Part shown: positions 42,462-54,530 of the stretch, piece after piece
How positions within the stretch are numbered: the stretch's first letter is position 1
Layout: each line of letters begins with the position of its first letter
Notes under the pieces: model-generated
The model's database searches: none
The model's input: only the letters and a program-made list of their open reading frames with translations
Told to the model about the DNA's origin: nothing
DNA from: Octopus sinensis
Lineage: Eukaryota
Direction: 5' to 3'
Assembly (NCBI RefSeq): GCF_006345805.1
Contig: NC_043006.1
Span: 62,558,001-62,622,000, forward strand
Length of the DNA stretch: 64,000 nucleotides
Made by a program: the position numbers and the translations under genes

Positions 42462-43029
42462 TATATGGGATAAACATTTATATATACCGTTGTTCGTGCG
42501 CACATACACCCTCTGCACACACAGACATTTCACACATCTATACAAACACGCACATGCAATATAATAGAGCTTCCGGTCAGATTAGTGTTACTCAAGTTTA
42601 TGGATGAATCTATTTCATCGTCTTTGAACTAAGCAGAAACGACATGTGGCACGCATGCCGGTATTTTATTAGTACGTCATGTCTTTGGTACACACGAATA
42701 TATATCTATGCCCGTGCATGTATTTGTGTGTGTGTGTGTGTGTCTGTGAGTGTGTATATATGAATAATTTAATAAATACAAGATTTAAGAGTAACCGACT
42801 ATAGGTTTCATGCTCGTATAGTGCTAGGGTCGGACGTGCCTTGTTAATGCTTTAACCTGAGTGGTCTTTGGCTAGGACACGACACACTATAAAGTATCAT
42901 TTATGATACTTGGTGGACATGAAACTTGTAGCAGCTCAAATTATGTGTTTATTGAACGATATTTATATTTCGTATGACGGAGTACATTTTTATTCAATAT
43001 ACCGGTAGGGAAACTGTAAACTACATTCC

Positions 43030-43096
<67 letters not shown>

Positions 43097-43099
43097 CCT

Positions 43100-43250
43100 T
43101 TATGATTATGCTTTTCATCCAACTGCTTGGCAACCGGTGTTGGTTTGTTTACGTCCCCATAACTTTGCGGTTTTGCAAATAATAAGTATTGGTGTCGTTT
43201 TGCTCGAGGAGCTCCAGCATGGCTGTTAAACAAGTTAGAAATAAAAGTTA
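43100..43250 (+). mobile_element. SINE family B 3' half, degenerate, after (TG)n
   Basis: GTTTACGTCCCCATAACTTTGCGGTT..CTCCAGCATGGC matches the family B 3' half. Confidence 0.7.
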
Positions 43251-46200
43251 AAAACTATTCTGCTCATTTATATATTGTTTCTCCTTAGGTATGCCCTATA
43301 TCTTATTATTTCTGAATGGACGTTTAAAAGGGAAAGCTATTTGCACAACGAAATGTTTTCACAGTTGAATGAGGCAACTTCAGAAATAATTTCCGCACAT
43401 TTCCTGAAAATTATAAATACTAATTGGAATTATCATTTTGAATCTATGAGGTTATTCATTCTATAAAAGTAAGCCTCAAAACAGTAGTATTATAGAAAGT
43501 GTTATCTATACTTCCTATACGACATAACATGTTCCACTGTTTCCTTGAATTTTAATGAACCTAGTTTCTGGGTTTGTGTTGAATTAAAGATAATAACTAT
43601 TAGGCATGGATTTCAAAATGATTAGATTAAATTTTGTGTTTTCCTGTGTATTTGGGATAATGTAAGTTATAAATATAATTTATACAGAAAAATATTGACC
43701 ACACAATTAAGCTTTCATCAGTATTTAATTGTTATAATTTTCTCTTTGAATATCAAATACACATGATCTGTATCAAATTGTGTACACAATGGATGTATAG
43801 AATCTATTAATAAAACAGGGAAGTAATAATGTCATCCAGCTGTAACGAAGATGGAATTACGATGAAAATGTTGATCTTGAATTTAAAAGAAAAAAGAGAA
43901 ATTCCGACAGAGAATAACATGGTGAACAATAGTCTTTGAAGTTCTGTTGGATTCCTGGCAATAATATTAATCTTTTTTTACTGCGACTTTCAAAGGGATA
44001 TATCGTCACAAGATTATAAACAGCAAGCAGAAAATCATACGATTTGCAATGTGAAATGCTTTACATTAACTTTGATGGGGAGGTAGTATTGAAATGCAGA
44101 TCCTACAATCCTATCATGGCATTTCTAAAGAACTGTAGCTAATAGAAGTGAACGATAAACGTTTCCCACAAAATATCACCTTAATGGAAGAAAGCTTTTA
44201 AGTCCCCGCGAAATTTTGTTTGATTTTCTATACCATAACAAGCCCGAAATCTAAAAGGCGGTTAAATGTAAAAGGGTTCTATCATTATTTTTCTTGCCTT
44301 TTGTTGTAAATATATGTTTTGGTTGCTGTAGTTGTTATGATTTCGTTAACAAAGATATTAACGTCAGACAAAAAAACATGATAAATGATGTAGACAGACC
44401 CGCTCTTATTCAATAACAAACATGAAACTGCAGAAAACTGTCATCCAGTTATATCTCGACAAAAATATTCATTCTGCTATTTTGCCACGACAAATGTACA
44501 TTTTGAATGTCAAGAAACTAACATAAAAACGTAATATCGGGTTAACAGGAAGAAATAATGAAGAGGCGATTAACTATCGGCAAAGTGATTTATGGTTACT
44601 TTCAGTTTTTTGTGGACTAAACGCTATCTATAATAATTAAATAAGGATTTCAGATTTATGCCTTGATAAGACTATTTATCATCTTCGGCTGTTCTTTTAT
44701 AGCAATATAATTAAGATAAACACATGTCGTACCTATCACATACGATGATTCATCCTTTAGATTTATTTGCTAATGTGTTAACACGAATACATTTAGTTTC
44801 TCACCATCTCCTATTTGCTCTATTTGAATTATGTACTAAGCATTAACTTAGAAGGATGGAAAAAATCTGTTGAATAAAGGTGAACTGGAAAGAGTGCCAT
44901 TTTAACAGCTACCTGTATGAAATTTAGCCAAACATACACATTTATGTAGCCAAACATACACCCAGACGCAAGCACTAACACATACACATATTCTTAATAA
45001 TATATCAGATCACACCAACAAATGAGATAATATTGAAAGAAATAACAACCAACTCTCCTTCATAGATAACATCCAACTCTCTTTCATAGATCGTTTGTGC
45101 ATTTTATAACTAACCGGAACATTATAAATGATTACCCACTCTTAAATATAATATACAAGTAGAGCAGATAGTGTAGGTAAATATGAACAGATTATCAAAA
45201 AAGGTAAAATTGACCAAGAGAAATAGCTAGAGTAGCACATGACATCTTCACACGCAGAATCAATTAGAGGGTAGCGACTACAGACGAAGCATATATTATA
45301 ATTATTTGGAGGCTCAGTTTATCAATTTTGAAATCCTTGGTACACAGCAACAACAAATAAAAAGAAGCCTTCCAAATATTAATTCATAATTCACCACAAT
45401 TACTCAATAAACAAACATAAATCCTATCGAACATTTAGCTTGTTCCATAGGTCCAAATACAAGCAAAATCAATACACATAACACTTTCTTATATACATCC
45501 ATGGTCGCTACAATATACGTACGTTTTTTTTTTTTCTTCTCTATCAATATAAGTATCTCCGAAGGTAGCTAGCTGCAATAATCTTTTCAATTTAATTATT
45601 TTTATCTATAACCTTTTTAATTTTCAATTCTTTAATCCTTATCCTTTATCCACTTAATTGTGTTTTTATCTTATATCTACTCCCTTAAGCTAGACATCTA
45701 TTTTTAGCTGCTCTACTAACATATTTATTATTGTATTTTACTTTCGCTATCATTCATTCTTTCCCACACCTAACACTTTCCTTTCTTTTCTCTTTTTCTC
45801 CTCTCTCTTCTATTCACTCACTCACAAAACATGTCTGTCTGTCGTGATGTGTCTCTTTCTCACTCTATATGCCCACGTGGGCCATTTCATACTAGTTGAC
45901 CATTTAATTCTATTCCTCCAACCTCTAAGGGCCTATACCTTCACGGAAGTACGGACGAACACCATACCCTCTGGAAGAAGATGAGTTGATGAGCTGTGAA
46001 CTTTATTCCTCCTATCTGTATTCTTCTATGTACTGTTTTATTCTCCTGTCTTCTAGTTTATTCTTTATAAACTGTGAATTTCTCTGTCTAGATCTTTCAT
46101 ACATACTCACCTTTTCTCTGATGACAGAATACTTAATGTATGGATATGCTAGCCTATCACTTGGGATATCCCAGAAACAGTAGTAAGACTACCATAATTA

Positions 46201-46603
46201 AATATTCTAAATAAGTTGAGATACTTGTCCTGCCTTGGTTTTGTTGTCCTTGTTTCCTCTGATATAATATATAGCAGCTAACTCGGAACCAAATACAGAT
46301 CTGTAGATTCAGCTGCGAACTTGGTGTCTAACAGATGACTAGTTATAGCACTTACACAGCGTGCCTATTCTTTAAGATCACTAGGAAAGGAACCCCACCC
46401 CATATTATATATATGTATATATATATATATACCACATATGAAGGCTTAATTCACAGGTGATCTACTTCAGTAGGTACACTGGGTAAGGACTGAAGGCAGT
46501 GCCCCAGCATCGCTGCAGTCTAATGATTGAAACATATAACTAATAAAAGTCATGTTTATGTATATATTACGTAAATGCTTATAGCTTTTATATATACATA
46601 TAT

Positions 46604-46637
<34 letters not shown>

Positions 46638-48079
46638 ATATATATCTATATCTATCTCTCTCTCTATATATATACACACACATATATATATCCATATACA
46701 TATTTATGTATATATGTAAATACATAAATATTTGTATGTGTGTAAGCATGTATATTTGTATGTCTCCCACATGGTTATGTTTCTAATATCCGCCACCACC
46801 GCTAATTATGTATTAGACCGATAAATGTAATTTAAAAAAAAACCTTTGTGCAGTTATTTAGTGTAATTATTCAGATGAATTTATATCATTGCTAAAAAAC
46901 AACTGTTACACCACCGTCATTATATCACATTAATGATGGTTACTACAACCACAATGCTAAAGGCACACAACGGCAGGCGTACTCGTACAGTTTATTTGCT
47001 GCAGATACTTTTTTATGTTAATATCGCTATTGAAACTTCCGAATAATAACGTCTGCATGGTGAAATGACGAAGTACCAGAGCAGTTATAACACCACTTTC
47101 CTCTTTTTACCGATATTACACAACAAAGTAATGGCTATAAACACACCACTATATCTATATTGTTATAGATATCGGTATACTTATATCAATGAACACTCTG
47201 TTACTCTTACATCTTATTTCAATGTTTACAACAGTCGTTTCTCGTGTCATACTGCGACAATCTTATCCATAAAAGCGGATCAGTATATTCATATCATTAG
47301 CATGCACTGTTTATAGTCATATCCATATATGCGGATATTACTTTGGGAAAATCCACGTCACTAGAGTGATATCAGCATAATTACATCACTACAGCGATGT
47401 TATATCATTACTCTCTCTTACCATGACTGTCACATGGAAGTTACATCAATTAGTATTACAATTAAGATTAATTGATCTACACGCAGTATTGAAAAATAGA
47501 AGCAGTGAATTTAGAAATTTAGTAATGAGATTTTTTCATAAGCAAAACAGAATACAACTTCATTCAGATTTGAATGCAATCAATAAACGTGAGAAAAATA
47601 ATTCAGTAATCGAACTGAAGCAAATTTTGATTGAGTTCCCAATATATTCTATTTATGTGAGCGGACACCAAACGCATCTTCATAGTTATACGAAATTATT
47701 ATTAGTGTCGATAAAATGATATACATCATAGTATATTAAGTCTTTCTATATGATATTTGATATTTACAGTTGCTCATCGAATATTATATGAGTAATATGG
47801 GGTACTGATTTGAATGTAAGTATTTGTATTGGATGAATTCTCTCTTGCATTTCAGGCTTTGTATTATACAGTAAAACTTACATAACTGTATAGCGTTCAA
47901 GTACATGTAAGTTTAGTGGAGTCGTAATTAATACTATATCGTAATATATTCTATTTCGTATTTATCATGACTAGTCAGAAGGGAGGAACGGCGTTCGTGA
48001 CATTTTCAAGGCATTTCATAACTGCTGGAGGGAAGGTAGGAAGATATCATCAGACAGATTCTGTTCTGCTAATGATACC

Positions 48080-48790
48080 CAACAGATACATCAGGTAAGG
48101 TGCAGGGTCATGCGCGTTGCTGTATTTGCCATATGTCGGCATATTCTTGGGATCCCCTTGGCATCCCGTTGAGTAGAGTCCGACTTAATCCCCATCGCCG
48201 AGAGCTACCTCCTGGTCTGCCGTGATCGATCGACACGAGTCGTGAACCCAGTTGGAATCTCAGCGAAGAAAACGTTGTAAGCAGGGTCTAATTCAGAATA
48301 TCGAGTAACATGGCCAAACAGTCTGAGATCATTCTACTGAATGATGTGATAAAACGCATCCCAGTTTCTGAATAGAGTCGTTGTTTGGATACGAAATCCA
48401 ACCAGTTGCAACCTACAATCTTGCAAAGTGCCTTGGCACCAAAGAAGATTTATGTGACAGCTAAGGGATAGTGTCAAACTATAGAACAGGACAGGGTGGA
48501 CCATAGATCAAAAGATCTGAGACTTTTGTCCTCTAAGACAGATAACGGCAGCGCCAAACACCCATGTCCAATGAGGCAAAAACTGCCGCAGCTCGTCCAA
48601 GTCTTTTTAGGACACCAAACACACGGTTAACGCTGCTTTTAATCTCACTACTGAAATAAGTGAAGCGGTCAACAACTTCTACATCTCACCTGCAACGCTG
48701 ACATATGAAGTGAAACCCTCCAAGAACCCAAGATGTCTTGATACAAGAGAGACTAATGCTCTTGAAATGAATATGGCTGTTATTTCAAGC
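48080..48790 (-). mobile_element. RTE-clade LINE RT C-terminal remnant (second family)
   Basis: Minus strand, with frameshifts: VEVVDRFTYFSSEI..RLGRAAAVFASLDMGVWRCRYLS*RTK..VHPVLFYS..ALCKIVGCNWLDFVSKQRLYSETGMR..LFGHVTRYSELDPAYNV. Confidence 0.85.
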
Positions 48791-49829
48791 AGACCAGCCG
48801 TTTGCTTGACTTTAGCAGATCAAGATTTCATACTTGATTTTTACGCAAGAATTTTGCAAGTGCTTATAATAAAACATATTCTTTTCTGCTTAACATCGAA
48901 CAGGAACGATCTTCAAACTTTCCATATGAAGCATTAGTTTAAGTACTTATAACGCCTGGTAATGTTTTGAATACATTTTTATTTTCTACATAATACGAAA
49001 TGGATTGTTTCTATTATGTTCTTCCATAAAATAAAACTTCAGGACCCAAGTCACGTAAACCATATTTAAATTTCCGTGATTTTGTAATCAAACAAGTTCT
49101 TAGTACACGTATACCAGAGCTACTAATACTCTAACTATCTAATAACTTTCCTGAGTAATATAATAATGAGAAAATCGAAATATAGAAGCATGAAGATGAC
49201 CGTTGGAGTCCGATTAAACGATTTAATATGATTCTGTTATGATGCCGAAATACACCGGTTTATTTCTAGCGAATATACTGATAGGATACATAGAAACTTG
49301 CTAGATTACTTAATACCAGACTGAAAAAAAATTGATCCAACATTGTTTTTCACTTCAGACAATAGATCATTAATGGTGTAGGCATGACAACCTGGATAAG
49401 GAGTTCTCTTCGTTATCAAGTGGTTCTTATGAACATATCTGCTGTCACAGGCTCCTGTCACCGAAGGGAGTGTGAGAGCAATTGCAACTGACAATATTCA
49501 GAGGAACTTCAACTGTAATATATGTATTCTTCGATGGTAGGTTTAGTTCATCACCCTAGTTAACTGAGCTTGGAAGTATTCGGGGAGTTTAGTGAAACAC
49601 ACCAAAGTTTACTAGTGGATCTCTGGTTCGACATTAAATTGGAAATTGTGGCTACTTCGTCTCATACACCTAACATTCTCTGAGGACATGCTTTTCCACA
49701 TATGATAAAATTGTAAGTGTAACTAATACTTAATCATACATTCTTCCTTTAAAAATATTTATCCTCGTGCTAATATTGTGTAAATATATATATATATATA
49801 TGTATATATATAGTACTGATAAAAAATAA

Positions 49830-50260
49830 TCCGAAAACGAGCCCGTTTTGTTTTTCTTTAAAAAATCCTAAAACCAGTGTTGGCCACATGCTTGCAGCTA
49901 GTGTACTTATTGTTGTCCCTTTCATTTGAAGATAATATTGATTATCAAAGAAGTTTGCTTTTAGCAGCATTCGTAACCGTTTTGAAAATATCTTTTGAAT
50001 TCTGTGGATATTTGTGTATCCGATATCCTACTGCTTCGCATCCTAATCCATGAGAAATATTTGTGTAGAGGCTTGCCATACCAGGTTCCTCTCTATATCC
50101 ACTATTTCTTCAAATATTGTTAGTGTATCAAGAATTCTTCCTCACAACCTTTTAAAATACATAGGTAACTTCAAGCATACATTAATGATTTTAAATATAT
50201 TTATATTTAGCAAAGCAGTGATTTCAATAGTAGTGGAAAAGTCATATTTATAAAGAGAAG
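49830..50260 (-). mobile_element. Penelope-like element RT remnant
   Basis: Minus strand reads ASLYTNISHGLGCEAVGY and FFDNQYYLQMKGTTISTLAASMWPTLVLGFFKEK, matching the PLE RT motifs SLYTNIPH and YxQxxGTAMGxxxAPxxANLxMGxxE. Confidence 0.85.
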
Positions 50261-50434
50261 CACATACAAAATAGAGTCCTAGATCAAACTGTTGTCTTCA
50301 GAGTTTTTAGCCTGCACCAACGTGATTGACAAACATTTTGCCATTAAGACAGAAGCACTACTTAGCTGATCTTGATCATCTGCGCCCTCTGTGAGAAAAG
50401 ATTGTGTATGAATGTGGCTCATTAAGTCGACTAA

Positions 50435-50862
50435 GCCACAGTCGAACCAATTCTACTATATGGCTCAGAAACCTGGACGTTATCAAAGAAGCTTAAGAGG
50501 CGGTTGGATGGAACCTACACTCGCCTCCTTATGAGAGCTCAAAATCTCTCGTGGAAGCGCCATCCAACCAAAATGCAAAAATATGGGAAACTACCACCTG
50601 TGTCATCTCTTGTGAAAGGTAGGAGAGTCCAGTTTGCTGGACATTGTTGTAGAGCTGAAAAAGAGGTAATTTCTACTCTTCTCCTCTGGAAGCCATCTAC
50701 TCGCACTACCAGAGGGCGCACACTCTCCTACCCTGATGTAATCTCCAGGGATACAGGCATCCAGCAACATGACCTCCGTAATGCCATGATGGACCGAGAA
50801 GTCTGGCGTAGCATGGTAAATCCCATTGTCTCGACCACGGTCGAACAATGAAGATGATAATG
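50435..50862 (+). mobile_element. Young 5'-truncated RTE-clade LINE with target-site duplication
   Basis: Uninterrupted frame ATVEPILLYGSETWTL..LDGTYTRLLMRAQN..FAGHCCR..DREVWR..TTVEQ* followed by a short TGA/GAT tail. Flanked by AAGTCGACTAA (50424-50434) and AAGTCAACTAA (50863-50873). Confidence 0.93.
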
Positions 50863-52253
50863 AAGTCAACTAATTCATCTTGCCGTGTCACCAATGCCAA
50901 CAATATTTTACACATACGATGTTTTACCTTTCATTACTGCCCAAGTCCACATGGTCTTCTTAACATCGCTAGACGTCACTCATAATCGTCTCCTAGAATC
51001 TACTGAAGAGAGTAGAGAAAAGGGATAAGGAATAATACCTACAGTGATATAGGAATACTCTTCGATGGTGCCCTATGCCAGAACTGCTGTATGATTTGAC
51101 GCTGTGTTGTTGGATAGAAAGAGTCATCTTTTTTGTCGTGTTGTCATACATTGTTATAGCTACTATTAGGGCATCACGTCCAGCTATCAAACGCATTCGA
51201 ATGCGTTTGATAAGTCTGATGTGTCACTTAGGAAATCTAGAGGTTTTGAGACTATTCACCTCATTAACTGATATTGAACAAGTGATAGTCAGAAACTTTA
51301 ATTTATGCCAGTACTCTTTGCATATTCTGTGAATGAAAGCCAAGTTGGCAGCGGTATTTGGATTCGCAATCTAGGTGTATGCAACTTATTAGAGTAGAAA
51401 GAGAAAACAGGAGGCATTTTTGTATAAACAGGGAACATACCGTATGGAAAACACGGGTTACTTAACCAAATTATAATAAGTGTGTTGTTGATTACTCCAG
51501 TCAGCTTTTCACCTAAACTGGTTAGTATTTAACGCTTTATTACCACAGTTTAATATTTACACAGAATTTAAATTTTACACCTACGCACCGACAACCCAAA
51601 TGTGCCTATATATGTGTGTAATGTGTGTGTATATGCGAGTGAGTGTGTATGCAGCGCGTGTGTGTGTTTATCACACAACGTTCTTTTGATAACTTTGGGA
51701 AGGAAACGCCACAAGTGTGGTTTGAAAACGATTAAAATTTCATTGCAACAAGAACTATATCTTGCTGGATCTCTCTCAAGCTAAATTTTTAATAAAGATA
51801 CTGAATTTTCGAGCAGTGATCGATGTTATTATCGATGGATATAAAAAATTGAAGTAATTTCTACTCGTGCTTTGTGCCTCCAACACGGACCTTCAATTCT
51901 GGTGACTCTCATTCCTAAAATAAATTAAATAACAGCATGACGCCAATTATTTTGTAACTGTATATTACTCGTAATTTAAACTACGAATAAACTCAAACAT
52001 GTATTGAACTTAAAATGAAAATATATGTAGTTAGGCACTGTAAAGTATTTGACATAAAACCGCCTACGAGTATTTTTAAGAAAGAAATCGATAGAAAAAA
52101 AAGAATATGTTGGAGAAAGCTGTCGTTAGTAACAGTAGACTGGCTGCAAATTCAAATGCTGGCTTCCGTCACCGAAAACGTCATCTTAATCCACCTACAG
52201 GAAAGAATCATTGAACGACTTTCATGTATTCCTCTTACACATATGTATGTATG

Positions 52254-52254
<1 letters not shown>

Positions 52255-52326
<72 letters not shown>

Positions 52327-52487
52327 TATACATATATGTATGTACAGATAGATAGATAGATAAACAGACCTGTCTGTCAGTCTATAGACTGACAGACAGG
52401 TAGACAGAGAGACAGACAGATAGATAGATAGATAAACAGACAGATAGACTGACAGACACACAGACAGACGGACGGATAGATAGATAT

Positions 52488-52520
<33 letters not shown>

Positions 52521-52551
52521 GGGAGAGAGAGACATGTAGATAGATAGATAT

Positions 52552-52582
<31 letters not shown>

Positions 52583-52585
52583 AAG
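52255..52585. repeat. Compound (TA)n/(GATA)n/(GACA)n/(GA)n microsatellite
   Basis: Directly visible. Confidence 0.95.
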
Positions 52586-53683
52586 AGATTCTGTATTGTG
52601 TTCGGCAAGATACATATACCATTCAGATACATATATCTTTATTGTATTGCGCTTTTCTGAAGTTCGCTTTCGCTCATTTAAAGTAAGTCAATCTTACGGC
52701 ATCAGCTCAATTTACAATGTAAAAGCAATATTCCTGCAAGCATTTTTTACATTTTCCTCTTTGTAATTATTCGATCGAAAAGGATCGAATTACAGTTTCT
52801 CTTCCAATTACTTTTCTCATTCTATATGCAGTTTCTCTCTTTCTTTTTAATTTATATTTTAATAATTTTTCATAACTATCACATGTCTTTGACATTTTAT
52901 CCTGCTCCATATTATCGGAGTCTTATCTCTAAATATAGGAATATTTTCATTCTGAGCGATTTGACTTCATCAATGGTAAAATCTTAAAATCTGTATAAGT
53001 AGACAGTATTTTAGGTCATATACCAGACAGTAGGATTATAGAGAAGTGAGTGGTTATAGAGCCATAAAATAACTCAAGTCACCAAATACTATAAATCAGC
53101 GAAGTCGAATTAGTGTTCTAATCAGTCATTAAGCCATGCGTCTTATCAAAATTCACAGTATTTTAAAAGAAGATCTAGGTAGAAAGTAAGGCTGATTATA
53201 AACTTATGATTGGAAAGCCATTAATCCTAAAAGTACTTTCATACATTCATATATGTCATGCATACAGAATTCGGGAAACAATATGTTGTTAATGATAGAA
53301 AAAAATGCTCTAAATTTCATCAAACCTCATGTGCAAGATTACATTAATATTTTTCGAAAAGCAATAATGTGGAAATAAGATAAATCATAACAATTCGGCT
53401 TAGTAAATATATTTCAGCCCAACGCAGTACCTAGATAAAACTCATGGAAAATATGTTGCTTTCATGATTATTCGAACAAATGATATCATTTAAGAGCGTA
53501 AAGACTGAGACATCCTTTCAGCTAATAGATGATTCCATGTTAAACAGATTTACAGCTTTCAAAGAAATTGTTGCTACACAAATTCACTCCACAATTTCTG
53601 AAATACTTTGTACAGAAGCAAAAGATGGTGCACGCAACGTAATATGTGCTATTCTTTCTTTCTCTCTCACCCTTCTCTCTCTT

Positions 53684-53715
<32 letters not shown>

Positions 53716-53740
53716 CGTATACATATATATATATATATAC

Positions 53741-53885
53741 ATACGACAGGCTTCTGTCAGTTTCCGTCTACCAAATCCACTCACAACGCTATGGTCGGCT
53801 CGATGCTATAATATTAAGCATATATCCCCGGTGTCACACAGTGGGACTGTACCCGGAACCATGTGGTTGGCCACGCCTATGCCGA
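53741..53885 (-). mobile_element. SINE family B 5' half
   Basis: Reverse complement of the family B head and core (CAGTTTCCGTCTACCAAATCCACTCAC..GGAACCATGTGGTTGG). Confidence 0.85.
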
Positions 53886-54409
53886 TATAATATATATGAC
53901 GGTACGATCGCGATGCAACTTGGATTTTCTACGCAGGTATTCCGGCTTTGGCTGGGACCCGACAGTGCTGATAGCCCAGTATTCGAGTTGAGTGCTTCTC
54001 TGAAAAAACCCCAACTTCACACCCAACTGGTGTAGCCATTTGCTCTGTACCAAATATACACTAAGTGCGTGTGTGTGTGTGTGTGTGTCTGTCTGTATGT
54101 GTCTGTATGTCTGTGTGTGTGTGTGTGTCTGTCTGTGTGTGTGTGAGAGAGAGTGAGAGAGAGTGAGTGTGTGTGCGTGTAAACACATAGTTTATAGATG
54201 AGAGGCGAATTTCTGCTGATTCTTTCTCCACAACTTTCTCTCACTGTTTACTCCTGCATCTACCCGCTCACCTGCGACGGACCGGCACCCCGTCTAGGTT
54301 GACGCCAATGAAACCTGGAAACCAGGTATGGCTCGAAAAGGAACAAACAACAACAAAAACAATATATATATATATACACGCACACAGAGGGAGAAAGAGC
54401 GAGAGAGAG

Positions 54410-54530
54410 ATGATTGTTTTCTTTCAAATTCCGTCTCCGTATTCCACTTACAAGACTTGGGTCAGCCGAGGATATATGCTTCATGTATTACGCAGTAGAA
54501 CTGAATTCGGTTGGGAAGCAAACTTCTGTC
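54410..54530 (-). mobile_element. Degenerate SINE family B fragment
   Basis: TTCAAATTCCGTCTCCGTATTCCACTTACAAGACTTGGGTCAGCCGAGG resembles the family B reverse complement. Confidence 0.55.

Noticed and set aside
42790-42840. Minus-strand GAAACCTATAGTCGG, resembling a PLE hammerhead 3' half
   Set aside because: The CUGANGA core and stem II are absent or decayed.
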